Below, one piece after another: positions 42,989 to 54,339 of a DNA stretch of 64,000 bases. How positions within the stretch are numbered: position 1 is the stretch's first letter; every line of letters starts with the position of its first letter. This DNA is from Hyphochytrium catenoides. Its lineage: Eukaryota; Protista; Hyphochytriomycota. Made by a program: the position numbers and the translations under genes. The DNA is taken from positions 1 to 64,000 of the forward strand of contig FLMG01002125.1 in the NCBI GenBank assembly GCA_900088475.1, given 5' to 3'. The notes beneath the pieces are model-generated. The model ran no database searches, had not been told where the DNA came from, and saw only the letters and a program-made list of their open reading frames with translations.

Positions 42989-43138
42989 CATGACCCGGCG
43001 GCATAGAGGTGCCTCAACAACCGAGAGAGGCACTGCTGCTAAAGGTCCGGCTTGGTGTCTTCTCATAACCCGGCGGCATAGAGGTGCCTCAACAACCGAG
43101 AGAGGCACTGCTGCTACAGGTCCGGCTTGGTGTCTTCT
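42989..43138. repeat. 75-bp tandem duplication, each unit with a GTGCCTC-N11-GAGGCAC hairpin, just upstream of lipase copy 2
   Basis: Two near-identical units (a few substitutions) read directly. Confidence 0.92.
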
Positions 43139-43188
43139 GCATCTCACTCTAGTAGTACGTTCCATTGCCAGGAAACCAAGTAGAGAAT

Positions 43189-44634
43189 ATGATGTTTACA
43201 AAGCTGCGGCCATTGGAGGTTGCTTTGCTGGCGTTCGTCGGGCTTTCGGTAGCTTGGAACTACTATCTGATAATACCTGCCAAGGCGGTAGCCGTAATGC
43301 ATTGGATAATAGAGACACCAAGATGGCAGATGGTGCCAGCGTATGTTGCGACGGTCCTCTTAGCGTTTTGGCCTCTGTCAGCCAACAGCCTCGCGTATAT
43401 CATACTAGAGAAGACCATCCTGGTCCTTCTAGTCGGCAGTGCGGTTATTGCCTATCTCATTCCGCTTTTTGTCCTCCCTTCACTTTCGGGTCCATGGAAG
43501 GTTGGCACAACAGATATTGAAAGTGTTGATAACTCTCGACCTATGTGGATGGATGACCAAGAGGCTCAAAGACGCCGGATTCGTGCCCAACTTTGGTACC
43601 CCACTCAGGACGAACAAGGTGCGAGAGCTCCTTACTGGCCAAACCTAGAGATGCGCGGACCAGCGGCCGCAAAGGTGGGGAATCAGCCTTGGTTTGTCTT
43701 CAACCATCTCAACCTCATAAAGGCACGGGCTACGATTGAAGCATACCCTGCTGCTCAGAGACAAAGTAAGCCATTCCCAGTGATAGTATTCAGCCATGGT
43801 TATACTGGCTCTCCATATCTCTCTACAATGCTTTGCGAAGACCTCGCTTCTCATGGTTATCTAGTGGTAGCAGTCGAGCACCCATGCGACTCCACAATGA
43901 CCGTGTTCAGTGATGGCTCTACCATGCCGTTCAGAGGGGTTGAGGGATTTCCAGCGCAGATGGAAGCTAAGAGACTGTACAGAAGGAAGCAGGCCACCAT
44001 ACGTTTCCATGATGTAAAGCATATTCTTGATATTCTGGAGAAGCTGAACGGCGAGGATCCAACATGGAGAGGAAAAATCGATCTTGATCGCATTGGGGTG
44101 ATGGGACATAGCTTTGGAGGATGTACTGCTATTCTTGCCGCCTATGAAGATCCCAGAGTCAAGGCTTGCGTGGGCTTGGACGCCTGGCTTTGGCCTCTTC
44201 CAGAGCTTCTTACAGAACCAGAGGCACCAAGTGGCCAAACGGTGGAGAAGCCTTACATAGCTAAGCCTGTCATGCTGTTGGATGCCCCTTGTTTCTTCAC
44301 AGAGACAGAGGAGCATCACAAGCACAACCGGAGACATGCAGACACCCTTCTAGGACGCTGTGAAGAGAACAGCCTGAAGGTTGTGATTGCTGGCAGCCGG
44401 CACCACGACTACGTAGACATAGGCTTTATGGCACCACTTTTTACTGGTCTTCTCAAGCTTACAGGCTTTCCTGATGGGTACCTGATGCAGAGGCTGATGT
44501 TGGACTTCAGTCTAGCTTTCTTCGGTGATAGATTATTGGATGCGGGAGTGATTGGGTCAGGGCCTTCACTTGACAAGCTAAGGGAGCGATATCCCCAGGT
44601 TACCATCAAATATTCTAAGGGCGGCTTGACCTGA
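43189..44634 (+). CDS. Membrane-anchored PAF-acetylhydrolase-like alpha/beta hydrolase, copy 2 (intronless tandem paralogue)
   Basis: Colinear with copy 1: RWQMVPAY, SGPWKVGT, FSHGYTG, GHSFGG, GLDAW, RHHDYVD. Confidence 0.93.
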   Translation: MMFTKLRPLEVALLAFVGLSVAWNYYLIIPAKAVAVMHWIIETPRWQMVPAYVATVLLAFWPLSANSLAYIILEKTILVLLVGSAVIAYLIPLFVLPSLSGPWKVGTTDIESVDNSRPMWMDDQEAQRRRIRAQLWYPTQDEQGARAPYWPNLEMRGPAAAKVGNQPWFVFNHLNLIKARATIEAYPAAQRQSKPFPVIVFSHGYTGSPYLSTMLCEDLASHGYLVVAVEHPCDSTMTVFSDGSTMPFRGVEGFPAQMEAKRLYRRKQATIRFHDVKHILDILEKLNGEDPTWRGKIDLDRIGVMGHSFGGCTAILAAYEDPRVKACVGLDAWLWPLPELLTEPEAPSGQTVEKPYIAKPVMLLDAPCFFTETEEHHKHNRRHADTLLGRCEENSLKVVIAGSRHHDYVDIGFMAPLFTGLLKLTGFPDGYLMQRLMLDFSLAFFGDRLLDAGVIGSGPSLDKLRERYPQVTIKYSKGGLT

Positions 44635-45934
44635 GCAGGTACTTATGAAAGGTACTCATTTATCCAAAAACCCACAAGCGCAGTGTGACTGGCTCTTTAT
44701 TGAGCCTACTATTGGTCTTGCATTAGCCACCATGAGCTCCCTGCAAGTAGAACTCTGCTTGCCCGGGGCTAGCAGGAAAAATAACTTAAAGGATATAATT
44801 GGCGCCAGCTATATTCCATCAATTCATAGCAATGAACAGAGTCAGGAGGGTCAAGGCCTAAAGCAACTCAGCCCTCATACAATTTTGCTGTTGATAAAAT
44901 GCTTCATTTAGCAATGTGTCTAGATAGACCGGAGCTAGACCGGAACGAGATGCTCTCCGCCGTTCCCCAGCCTTCTTTATCTTCCCTTCGCTCTTCTTTG
45001 GCAGTACCTCTTGGCGTAGCACGCAGTTCCCTCACTATAATTTCCTTACCCTTCGTCAAGTCTATTCTGCTATGAGCATCACGGGCAGTGCAGTGTAAAT
45101 ACAAGAGCTGAGGAAGCTATAGATGGGACTGGGAGGTGAGCAATCTCTGTCAAACCTCCATGAAGCTCTGTGGAAAAAGGTCTTGGATGATGCATCATCA
45201 GCCTTCATACGCTTTGGTCTGCGGCCACTATTAGAACTAATATTATTGCCAACTACGATGCCTCTGATGAAGGTTGAAGCTCTTCATCATCTATCTTCCT
45301 CTCCTTCCCTGCCATCATACAAAATATGAGCTCGTTGTCATGTCCCTACTATTATCGCAGCCTTATCTCAAAGAGTAAGAATGCGGCCCAAGCAAGTGTA
45401 TTACTACCTCCACACTGGAGTTTCACATTCCTTCCCCACATGACTTGATGTTCTCATACCCCTTTGTGGGCTCTTCAACCTTCCGCTAACGGCCTTATGA
45501 CCCTAAAAGTATTCCAACCCACAGGTTCTTCTTTATACAGCACTTGAACAAACAATCCGTAGTTATTCCTCCTTGACTGAAAGCAAAGACGGAAGGAAGA
45601 AGGGACACCTGGACAATTGTATTCCCAGATGGGTTGTTCGTCCAAGATCTGTGCTCGGTGCATACACGCACGCAAAGAACCTCTCAACTCTTCCTCAACA
45701 TCGACCTTTTACAGTCTTTATGTACCCTCGCTCGTTCAATGGGGCTCTTAGCCATCATCAGAGCTCTCTAGCCCTGACGAGCTACGTGCTGTCAAAGAGG
45801 TTATTATATGAAAAGAGAGATTGATGGAGACGTGATCAGGGGCAATTGCAACTGGGAAGACTTGTCATTGCGAAGAGAAAGACCTTTATAGACGAAGGTT
45901 TTATAGCCTCGGGCAAGGGCCTCAGTCGAGGAAG

Positions 45935-47503
45935 ATGCGCTCATCGCAAGTGATGAAGCCTCATACGGCGGTAATGGCAGCGGCCGCTGTCGCCGCGGGA
46001 CATAGTTGGAAGGTGCTAAGTGTCCCTCCGATGGAAGTTGTGATGCGACAAGAGGCTTACTGGGAGGGAGATAGAAAAGACAATAGGCCGAAAGAGCTTG
46101 GCTTGTTAGGATCCAATTCTTCAGCGATGTATAAGCGATCACTCCTGTCATCGACGGGCCCAAGTATGCCACTACCTACACCTTCTACTTGTCCTCGAAT
46201 TGGGTCAGCGTTGTGGGTAGAAGCGCATCTGTCCGACAAGAAGAGCGACCGAGGGAGAAAAGCAAAAGATCTCTATGGGTCTGTTCTGCATAGCGACGGA
46301 AAACGGCGGCATAGGCTTTGGCAAGAAATCTACCTCAGTCAGCGGTACGATAGCGCTCTATTAGAGCGAGCAAAGGCAGGAAGAGGCTGCGGAACAGCAG
46401 TACCATCTCAGTCTTCCTGCTCTATCGTGGAGGCGAGCTTACCGGAGGCTGCCAAGTCTGTCGACTCTCGGACTCTTATAAAGTCTTCTCCTGCTACAGA
46501 AGCACAAAGTTTGAAAGATAAGTTTCTCGATGAGGACAAAATCGACTTTGGCTTCAGTGCAGACAACATGATCCAAGGATGTCCAGGTGCCATTGTTCCC
46601 AACACCTCAACAACCATCCCCTTCGAAAATGAGCATTTTAAGGGTCAAGTCTTGCTCCTTGTCCGGCCAAATGCTCTTAGAGAGAAGGTAGCAAATATAA
46701 AGAACTTGTCTTCCGCGGATGAAGAAGTGGAGAGCATGGAACAGGAGAGTCGATGGAAGGGACATTTTGATGGGACAAAGCTTCAGTTCCGCATTCGGAT
46801 GCAGTTTGAATTCAAGTCTCAACCCAAGAGTGCCATATATTTTGGTGTAGAAGCTCCTAAGGAGATTCCTATGGGCTTCTGGGTGCGACAAACCGTCAAC
46901 TTTCTCTTTATGGTGCTCAAACAGCTCCACCCCGATGCCGAGTACGGCTTAGGGAGAGAGCTGAGTTCAGGAAAGGAAGAACTAGAGGCCGATGCTCTTC
47001 CTCATGTTCTCTTCCCTCTCTGGAGGGTTAGTGACGACCTAGTGGTCACTCCTCCAGGAGAAAGGGCACCTGACATCACTTCGATAGAGCTTCCAGAAAG
47101 AGAGGAGCACAGAGCGGAGAGGCAAAGACACCGAGGGAAGAACCCGATGTTTAAACAGGGTTACATCTACACAATGGAGTTCAACTCAGCCTTCGTAGAC
47201 ATCATTAATTGGAAGCTGGTTAACATTCCTGGAATCAAGGATCATCCTTTGCGTTCAATATGGGGAGAAATGCCAATACGGCTGGTGGCATACGAGCTAG
47301 AAGAGCAAGAAGATGGAAGCAGAAGGAAGAACTACTATCTCTCTTATGGTCTTTCTCATAGGGAGACCGTGGATCTCAAGGAGACAGAGAGAGCAAAGAC
47401 TCCCTCCTCCACTCCTTCTGTTAGACGACGCCGGCCCTCAGTAGTGGCCCCCACGAGACTAGAGGAGGAGTTAGAGATACTGCTAGAACCACTTACAGTA
47501 TAA
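45935..47503 (+). CDS. DUF1769-domain protein (intronless; true start uncertain)
   Basis: IPFENEHFKGQVLLLVR, HFDGTKLQFRIRMQFEFK, IYFGVE, FKQGYIYTMEFNSAFVDIINWKL and PIRLVAY match my recollection of DUF1769; 522-codon ORF. Confidence 0.8.
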   Translation: MRSSQVMKPHTAVMAAAAVAAGHSWKVLSVPPMEVVMRQEAYWEGDRKDNRPKELGLLGSNSSAMYKRSLLSSTGPSMPLPTPSTCPRIGSALWVEAHLSDKKSDRGRKAKDLYGSVLHSDGKRRHRLWQEIYLSQRYDSALLERAKAGRGCGTAVPSQSSCSIVEASLPEAAKSVDSRTLIKSSPATEAQSLKDKFLDEDKIDFGFSADNMIQGCPGAIVPNTSTTIPFENEHFKGQVLLLVRPNALREKVANIKNLSSADEEVESMEQESRWKGHFDGTKLQFRIRMQFEFKSQPKSAIYFGVEAPKEIPMGFWVRQTVNFLFMVLKQLHPDAEYGLGRELSSGKEELEADALPHVLFPLWRVSDDLVVTPPGERAPDITSIELPEREEHRAERQRHRGKNPMFKQGYIYTMEFNSAFVDIINWKLVNIPGIKDHPLRSIWGEMPIRLVAYELEEQEDGSRRKNYYLSYGLSHRETVDLKETERAKTPSSTPSVRRRRPSVVAPTRLEEELEILLEPLTV

Positions 47504-47573
47504 GTAGGGCTTCTCTTCTGGATTTCTGTCAACGTTGGCTTTGCAAGCCTCGATGCGTTCGTTTAGAGATAGA

Positions 47574-49351
47574 CTAGATATTACTTCTCGTCCTGACATA
47601 GTGGCTAAACTTCCGAACGTTGTCAAGATCAATGGCGGACGGAATGACGGTGTCGCTACTGCCAATAATAAACATCACTGTCTGCGCGACGTCCTCTACT
47701 TGAATCATGAGCTCCGCCGAGACCACTTCCCCTTTCCCAGCTCTAGGCTTCACTCCAAGCTCTGAGTGAAAGGTCAAGAAAATGCCAAAGTTAGGGAATC
47801 TGAAACGGCAGCGACAGGTTGAAATCGAAGTGCTAAGAGGGAAAACCGTCCGCGGGCACTTCAGCGGTTTATCGGGCAACAAGAGGCATGAAGTCATATT
47901 GAAACAACATCAGGCCATTTCGTATCAGAAGAGAAAACACACAGGCTTCCCAGTAGCACAGCAAGTTGCAGCTAAGTACTTGGCGCCAGTGAAGCCTATG
48001 ACTGCAGATAGGAGAGATTGTTTGGGCAGTCGGCTTACCGGTGTTAACTAGGTTGGCGTTGATGGTACAAGTCTTGATATTGAGACCACCCTCCAGAATG
48101 TCAAACATTACAGAGTTTGAGAAGGCAAGAAGGCCATGTTTCGATGCTGCGTAGGACGCTAGACCGGGACTTCCTCTGGTTCTGCTCGCGACAGAGCCCA
48201 TAAAGATAATGACTCCCCTCTTAGCGCCGTAGCAGCTCTTTCTCATGTGTGCAAGGGCATAAGCTGTGGTTGCCATGCTGCCTTTCAGATTGATGTCCAG
48301 CAACCGAGCCCAGACCTTTGGGTCGGCGTCCAGAGAGGTGCGTCGTCTGTTAATACCAGCCTGGAAGAGGACAGGGTGGCACATTAGTAAGAACAGCCAA
48401 GCTATATGACTTTGTTTGTCCGTGAGACACTGGCAAATGCGCTCTCGAGGTTAGAAGCACGGGAGCCACATAAGGCTAAGATAACAAGGAAGAGAAGAAT
48501 CACAGGGCTTTCATATGATGTCCGAGTATTCCCAGCTCATTCAATCGATTGCCAAAGCACAACAAAATACTCCGCCGTAAGAATGCATTGACAGCCCCAT
48601 AAAAGCTCCAGACGCCGTTGCTGCACCGCAAAACACGTACGCTGTTGATAACTATGGTCAAGTCTCCCAACTCACGCACACAGCGCTCCACTGCTGTTCT
48701 AACAGCATCGTCGTTGGTCACATCAGCCACAATGGTAATAACTTGACGCTCGGTCAATAGCTTGCCTGCTACGGCGAGGCACTGTTGTCGTGTTTCCCTT
48801 AGGGCCTCTTCCGAAGTAGCAAGAAGCGCAAGCTTGCATCCTACCATCATATACGGGGGTTGAGCTTTTGACAAATGGGCAGAAGAGTACGTGACTAGAT
48901 TAGTAGTTCGGGCAAAGAGAGTGTGACTATCGAAGATAGGCTACGACAGGATCGCCATAGGACCCCTAAGAGGAAAGATCAAAAAGAAACATCGGATGGT
49001 AGGAGCCCTTTCACAAAGCAGATTGTTCCGATACCTTCTTTGGCCAAGCGGACGGCAACTCCTCTGTGGCGGACATAATGACATTAGAAGGCAACAAACA
49101 CAAGAAATGGCATAAAGCGCGTAAGAGGAAAGGTACCACGGCAATAGTGCAATTCTAGATGCAGATTCACTATCACAGGTTGACGAGGATAGGGCCGAAA
49201 TGAGACTCTGAGTGATGATGATGAATGGACATGGTGCAGAAAGGGTCCTAACTCTAGGCTCCTACCTGCCAATTCCTCTGCTAGCACCAGTTACAAGTGC
49301 AACATCACCGGGACGGATAGTCAGGTTCGAAAACCTGGTCTGAGGTGCCAT
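47574..49351 (-). CDS. Classical short-chain dehydrogenase/reductase (5 exons)
   Basis: MAPQTRF...VALVTGASRGIG (TGxxxGxG), ADVT, INSAGI, DINLKG, GSVAS, catalytic YAASK, IQVEDVAQTVMF. Confidence 0.92.
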
Positions 49352-50070
49352 GGAGATAGACTTGGTGATGCGTCAAAGAAACTTCAAGCCTCCGAGTGGA
49401 TCATCAAAGTCTTCTCTCGTCCTCTATGGGGGAGAATGAATAACGGTCTGTCCCTCGCTCAGCTGGAAGCGCGCGAGGCAAAGCTATCTGCCTTAAATCT
49501 TTCGAGGCGATCTTCTCTATCCTCTCCCGTCTGCTTCTTTCTTAATGCAGTGAAGCACTGAGCACTTTACTTCTATGTGGCGCGGCTTCGGCTCTGAGCT
49601 CAACCCGACAGCCATGCCAAGCCTTCTTCCTCTTTGCCTTCGTTTGATGCCTGGTGAGCCAGGTCTCGGCGTCTTCAGCTGCGGACCTGACGAGCAGCCC
49701 TTGCCTTTATGCTCTTCAACCCAGCCATTCGTCAACGGCTACGGCGATTAGGGCCGCTAACCGCTATGATTGGAGCAGCTTGTGTAAGGGTGACGACGAC
49801 GACGCACATACGCACACAAGTAGCTATCTCTGCCAAAAAATAACGGCAAATAGCAGGCTCTTCAACACAACGACACAGCATAATTTGCAAAGGCTGAAAT
49901 ATCGTAGAGTACGGAACTCTTGTGACTTAGCGGTGCGACTGTTTTGTCGAAAAAGACAATATAAGGTCTCAATTTTGGCGTATATTTGTAAATTCATTAC
50001 TACCAAATGGGAATTATTGGCGATAGGTTATTGTCCTGTCTCAGTCTCTGGGTTCTGGGCCTGGTCATCA

Positions 50071-50095
50071 GAGATTCGAGATGAGTGGAGATTCA
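50071..50095 (-). promoter_or_regulatory. Two YGAATCTH motifs (candidate PSR/Myb phosphate-starvation response sites) in the SDR / SPX-MFS divergent intergenic region
   Basis: gagattcg (50071-50078) and gagattca (50088-50095) are CGAATCTC and TGAATCTC on the minus strand; near match GGAATCTC at 50188-50195. Confidence 0.5.
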
Positions 50096-50572
50096 GTGCT
50101 GCTTTGCTGTGGACTTGTATGACCACTGATGCCTACTCCGATCGCCGGCAGAGTCCTGGTATGGAAGGAAACTCCAGCGCGCAATGAGGAATCTCCCAGG
50201 ATAAGGAGGAGGCACCAGATGAGACGGCAGAGGACAAAGGATAGAGAGAGAGAGAGATAGAAGACACAACTGGTCGTGTGGACAAAGGAGGTAGAGCTCT
50301 CCCACGACAGCCGAGAGGGGGCACTTGGAGGAGAAGACACATCCTGTGGCCTGTCTTTTGCCTCCCATCTTTCTCTCTTCCTCCTCGCTTTTGCACGGCC
50401 GGCAGGCAGCGCCGGCCCTCGACATAACCTTTGCAGCTCTTAAGCAAACGGTACAGTCCTGACTGCTTCTGTACTTGTCGACCCATCTCATCGGCGGCAA
50501 GGTTTGCCCAAACCTTCAGGCGACCATAAGCGTCGACGCTTGGTGAGAGGACCTCATCCATAGGCTCACGAA

Positions 50573-53500
50573 ATGGTTAAATTTGGTGCCACATTGAAGG
50601 AAAAGGCCATCCCTGGATGGGAGCGGTGAGAAGAGCTTGACGTCGCCTAGTGAAAGGCGGAAGTCGTTCTAAATTGACTTTTGGGAAAGAACTCTTCCTT
50701 ATTCAGTGCTCTTTTTAAAAGTGTTTCTCCCTATTTATTTATGTGGTGTCTTAGCTCTACTTATCATCCTTCATTTGAGGCAATCCTAACAGTCACTTGC
50801 TGGTGCTGACCATCAACTGCACTCCTCGACTAGGCACTATATTAATTACAAGCAACTGAAGAAGAGACTCAAGCACCCAGAACTCATAGACTCCAAGAGG
50901 GCCAGAAGGCTCTCCCTTACTCTGTCGACCAGTCAGGAGCGTACTTTCATAGAGTTCCTCGACAAAGAGTTAGAGAAAGTGGTCCTCTTCTTCCTGGACA
51001 AGCAGGGAGAACTCGCCCGAGACATGGAAGTGCAGATACAGAAGATGGAGACAGTCAGCTCTATTGACATTTATAGGATTGACGAGTTATGGCAAGCGTA
51101 AGTTGAGAGAGAAGCTCAGATCCCCTAGCCATTGATCTTTTCCAAAGCTTTGTGATCCTTTTCTTCGATATGAGATCTCTTGTTCGTCTAACCTCTCCGT
51201 CACAGCTTTAACAGGCTCGGGGAACGCCTGGTATTGCTCCTGAACTACTTGGAACTGAATAACACTGGCCTTAGAAAGATACTGAAGAAGTATGATAAAA
51301 ACCATCCCTATGCGAAGATATCTAAGCAATATCTAAGCACTAGGTATAATGCGGAAAACTCTCATGTGGCACAGCTCAACAGTTTTGATGGTATGCTTTC
51401 CAACAAATTGACTTTCCATCTCGTCTCATTTGCAGTTCTTTCTCCCGTGAATATGCTCGTTAGCTCCGTCTAGATCGTCTCTCTATATGCATTATTTGCT
51501 GTATTGGCGTCCAGCAAGCTTCCTGCGCAGCCTCTTCTCAAATGTCAAAAGTCTGCTTTCTGGGTCTTCCATCCCTTCATTGTCATGGCCCCTTTTGACT
51601 CATGGCTACAATTCCAATGCTTGATGCTAAATGGTCTGCCATTAGGGATATCGGCGCTGAATCTGTCCATTCTTCAATCGCTGTTCTATCTACACACTTT
51701 CAAGGTAAGGAAGATCTTCCCCCGCTAATTGTTTTAAACGTTCTTACCTGTGACCTTCGACAATACATCGCTATTTACCATTTTCCTGGCTCGTCGCTTA
51801 AGATTCTTTTACAATAGCTTTTTGATGTTACATCGTCTAAGTCTTAACTTGTCAGCGCAATGGAGATCAGCTGAAACCTGAGGAGCACCAAATCATTGAA
51901 CTTTATCGAGCCGCCCCTGTGCTCAACAAGATCTTCGTGGCACGGAAAAAGCTTCGGACAGCAACTACTTACATTGATGCCTTCTCCGCAAAGGCTGGAA
52001 TATTTGACGAGGCCAAAGACGAGGAGGACATCGAGGACCACTTTAGAAGGACCAAGACATCATCTCTTTCTATTTTTCTCAACATGTTGAGCACCTTTCT
52101 CTATATGACAAACTACTATATAGTAGCTCCAACCAGTGGAGACTATGCGGAGAAGTTAGGGGCCACCCCTGCTGTGAGTGGCCTCATTATTGGAATGTCG
52201 CCTATGGCAGGACTCTTTTCAGCAATTCTCTACAGCTGGTGGTCCAACAAGTCGTTCCGTCTTCCTCTTATATTCTCATCCGTCTGCCTGGTGGTGGGGA
52301 ATCTTCTTTATGGGCTCGCCCTGACGTATTCCTCCCTCAATATGGTGCTTGCGGGGCGTCTGTTGACGGGCTTTGGAGGAGCCAGAGCAGTCAACAGACG
52401 GTATATCGCTGACAACATCCCAAAAGAGATACGCACAATAGAGTCTGCAAAGTTTGTCACAGCTAGTGCGCTAGGAATGTCTGCAGGTCCAGCGATGAGT
52501 GCTGTTCTCTCTCTGTTCCCGACGTACCACCTACTTGGAGTTATCAAGGTGGACAAAGAGACAAGTCCAGGGTGGCTTATGTTTATTCTTTGGATTATTT
52601 ATCTCATTGCCATCATCTTCCTTTTCGAGGAGCCTCAACGGAAGATCAGCGACCATCTTTTTGCTTTGGGTAGCGACACCCAGGGGGGAGACAGTTACCA
52701 TGATGGTGGACGCGTGGAAGAGCACAGGCCACTCCTCCTATCGCAGCGCGGTGAAGAGAAGGAAATGAGGAGGAAAACGAAGGGGGTGATCCGCACTGTG
52801 GTAACCAACAGAGCCATTCTTCTATCTCTCTGGCTCTACGTCGTTATCAAGCTAAGCTGCGAGCTCATGCTGTCTTCTACTGCCCTCGTCACTTGGTACT
52901 ATTTCCATTGGTCTCCGGCGAATAGCGGAACGTACCTGGCAATACTTGGCCTCTTGATGTTCCCGGTAAACTACCTGGTTGTGTGGGCCACACCCCATTA
53001 CGATGACCGGTGAGTCTTAAATTACTGTCTTTCCAGTTATCCCTCATGATGGATGCATTGTCATACCAACTTGTCTCGCTTTATCTCGTCCTACTTCTTC
53101 AGCTGGCGGACAATGAAGATTGTCCCTATCCAATCTTCACAGTTGCTTGGACTTACCGAGCAGCTGTTATCTTGCCAATACTGACCATCTCGCTGCTGTT
53201 GCACAATTATAGACAAATACTCTGGTTCAACTTATGGGTGATGCTGGTGGGCTGCCTCTTTATGATCCCACTGAGTGCTGTCAACTACACCGTGATACAG
53301 TATGTACTGGGTTCGGTTATGGTCTTCGTCACAAGCAACACGATTGAGGGTAAGGTGATCCCATCAGGATGGGCGGTCGTTTTCCCACTGCCTGCCCTTG
53401 ACTTTCACCCTAAGCTAAGGCGCATTGTTAACCATTTTCTTTAGTTTGAGCAACCCTGTCTAACACTGCTTATTTACCTCTGCGTTCTGTCAGGGGTGGT

Positions 53501-53805
53501 GATGTCGCTTCTGTCAAAGATAATGCCTAAGCGCCTAGCTCAAGGCACTTTTAATTCTGGATTCCTGACCACGGAAGCTGGAATGTTAGGACNNNNNNNN
53601 NNNNNNNNNNNNNNNNNNNNNNNNNNNNNNNNNNNNNNNNNNNNNNNNNNNNNACACATTCGCACCCATGACCCTCATCAGTGCGGTGACAACTGCAGCT
53701 ACCTGGTGGACGTACGAAGAGTTAGCAGAGGACGCAGACGACGCTAGCGAACGGAGCAGTGAGGATTCGAGTGTGACAAGTGCTGATCATGGGTTGCCCA
53801 AATAA
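50573..53805 (+). CDS. SPX-MFS phosphate transporter (VPT1/PHT5-like, probably vacuolar; at least 7 exons, last interrupted by a gap)
   Basis: SPX motifs [27 protein letters not shown] and [18 protein letters not shown] motifs [43 protein letters not shown] and [13 protein letters not shown]. The post-gap frame TFAPMTLIS...LPK* ends at 53805. Confidence 0.93.
53593..53653. other. Assembly gap (61 N) inside the SPX-MFS coding region
   Basis: Run of N; its length is incompatible with the flanking frame, so the size is an estimate or the gap hides an intron. Confidence 1.
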
Positions 53806-54339
53806 TAGTCCTATGAACTATAACTCATGAAAGCTGAACGTAAAGAAGGCCTTCCATTTTTGACATAATGGCTTCACGGATTCCTGCTCCGTCTCAAAGC
53901 TGGAGGGCATCATAACGGCTAATAGGGTGGAAGAGAGCACATAAGAGACACAGAATCATCTTTCCTCAATCAGTCCGTTTTCCGGCGGCTTTGAATCGCT
54001 TAGGTTCTAAAAAGTGAGCTGGCTGTCTGCTTGTCGAATGCCAGAGTGAGACGGTTGATTGCATCAGACCGTTGGTCCTCTTAGAAAGCTTCTTGACAAG
54101 TGGTTGGGTTTAGGCTCTTCAGCGGGCTTAGGATGTTTGGGTTCCCCGAGGTCCCTGTTCCATTGGAAGACACTGGGATACTGTCTCCATGTGAGAGGTC
54201 TGCTGCATCTCTAGACGTGCTTGACGAAGGAGCTCAAGAAAACGCCAGCTGGCCTTATTATTCTCTGAGTATCATTCAGACAAGGGAGAGGGCTTGTCTG
54301 TCACGTTAGTAGCTGTGGTGAATGTTGTAGCTGTGCTGA

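Noticed and set aside
42864-43520. 218-aa ORF overlapping lipase copy 2
   Set aside because: Its length comes from the in-frame 75-bp duplication plus an alternative frame of the lipase; no protein features.
51089-51105. Possible GC-AG donor (tg|gcaagc) in SPX-MFS
   Set aside because: A canonical gc|gtaagt donor 6 nt downstream has the same phase and is more plausible.
53496-53747. Apparent frameshift or early stop in SPX-MFS
   Set aside because: Caused by the 61-N gap; another post-gap frame gives a sensible final TM helix ending at 53805.
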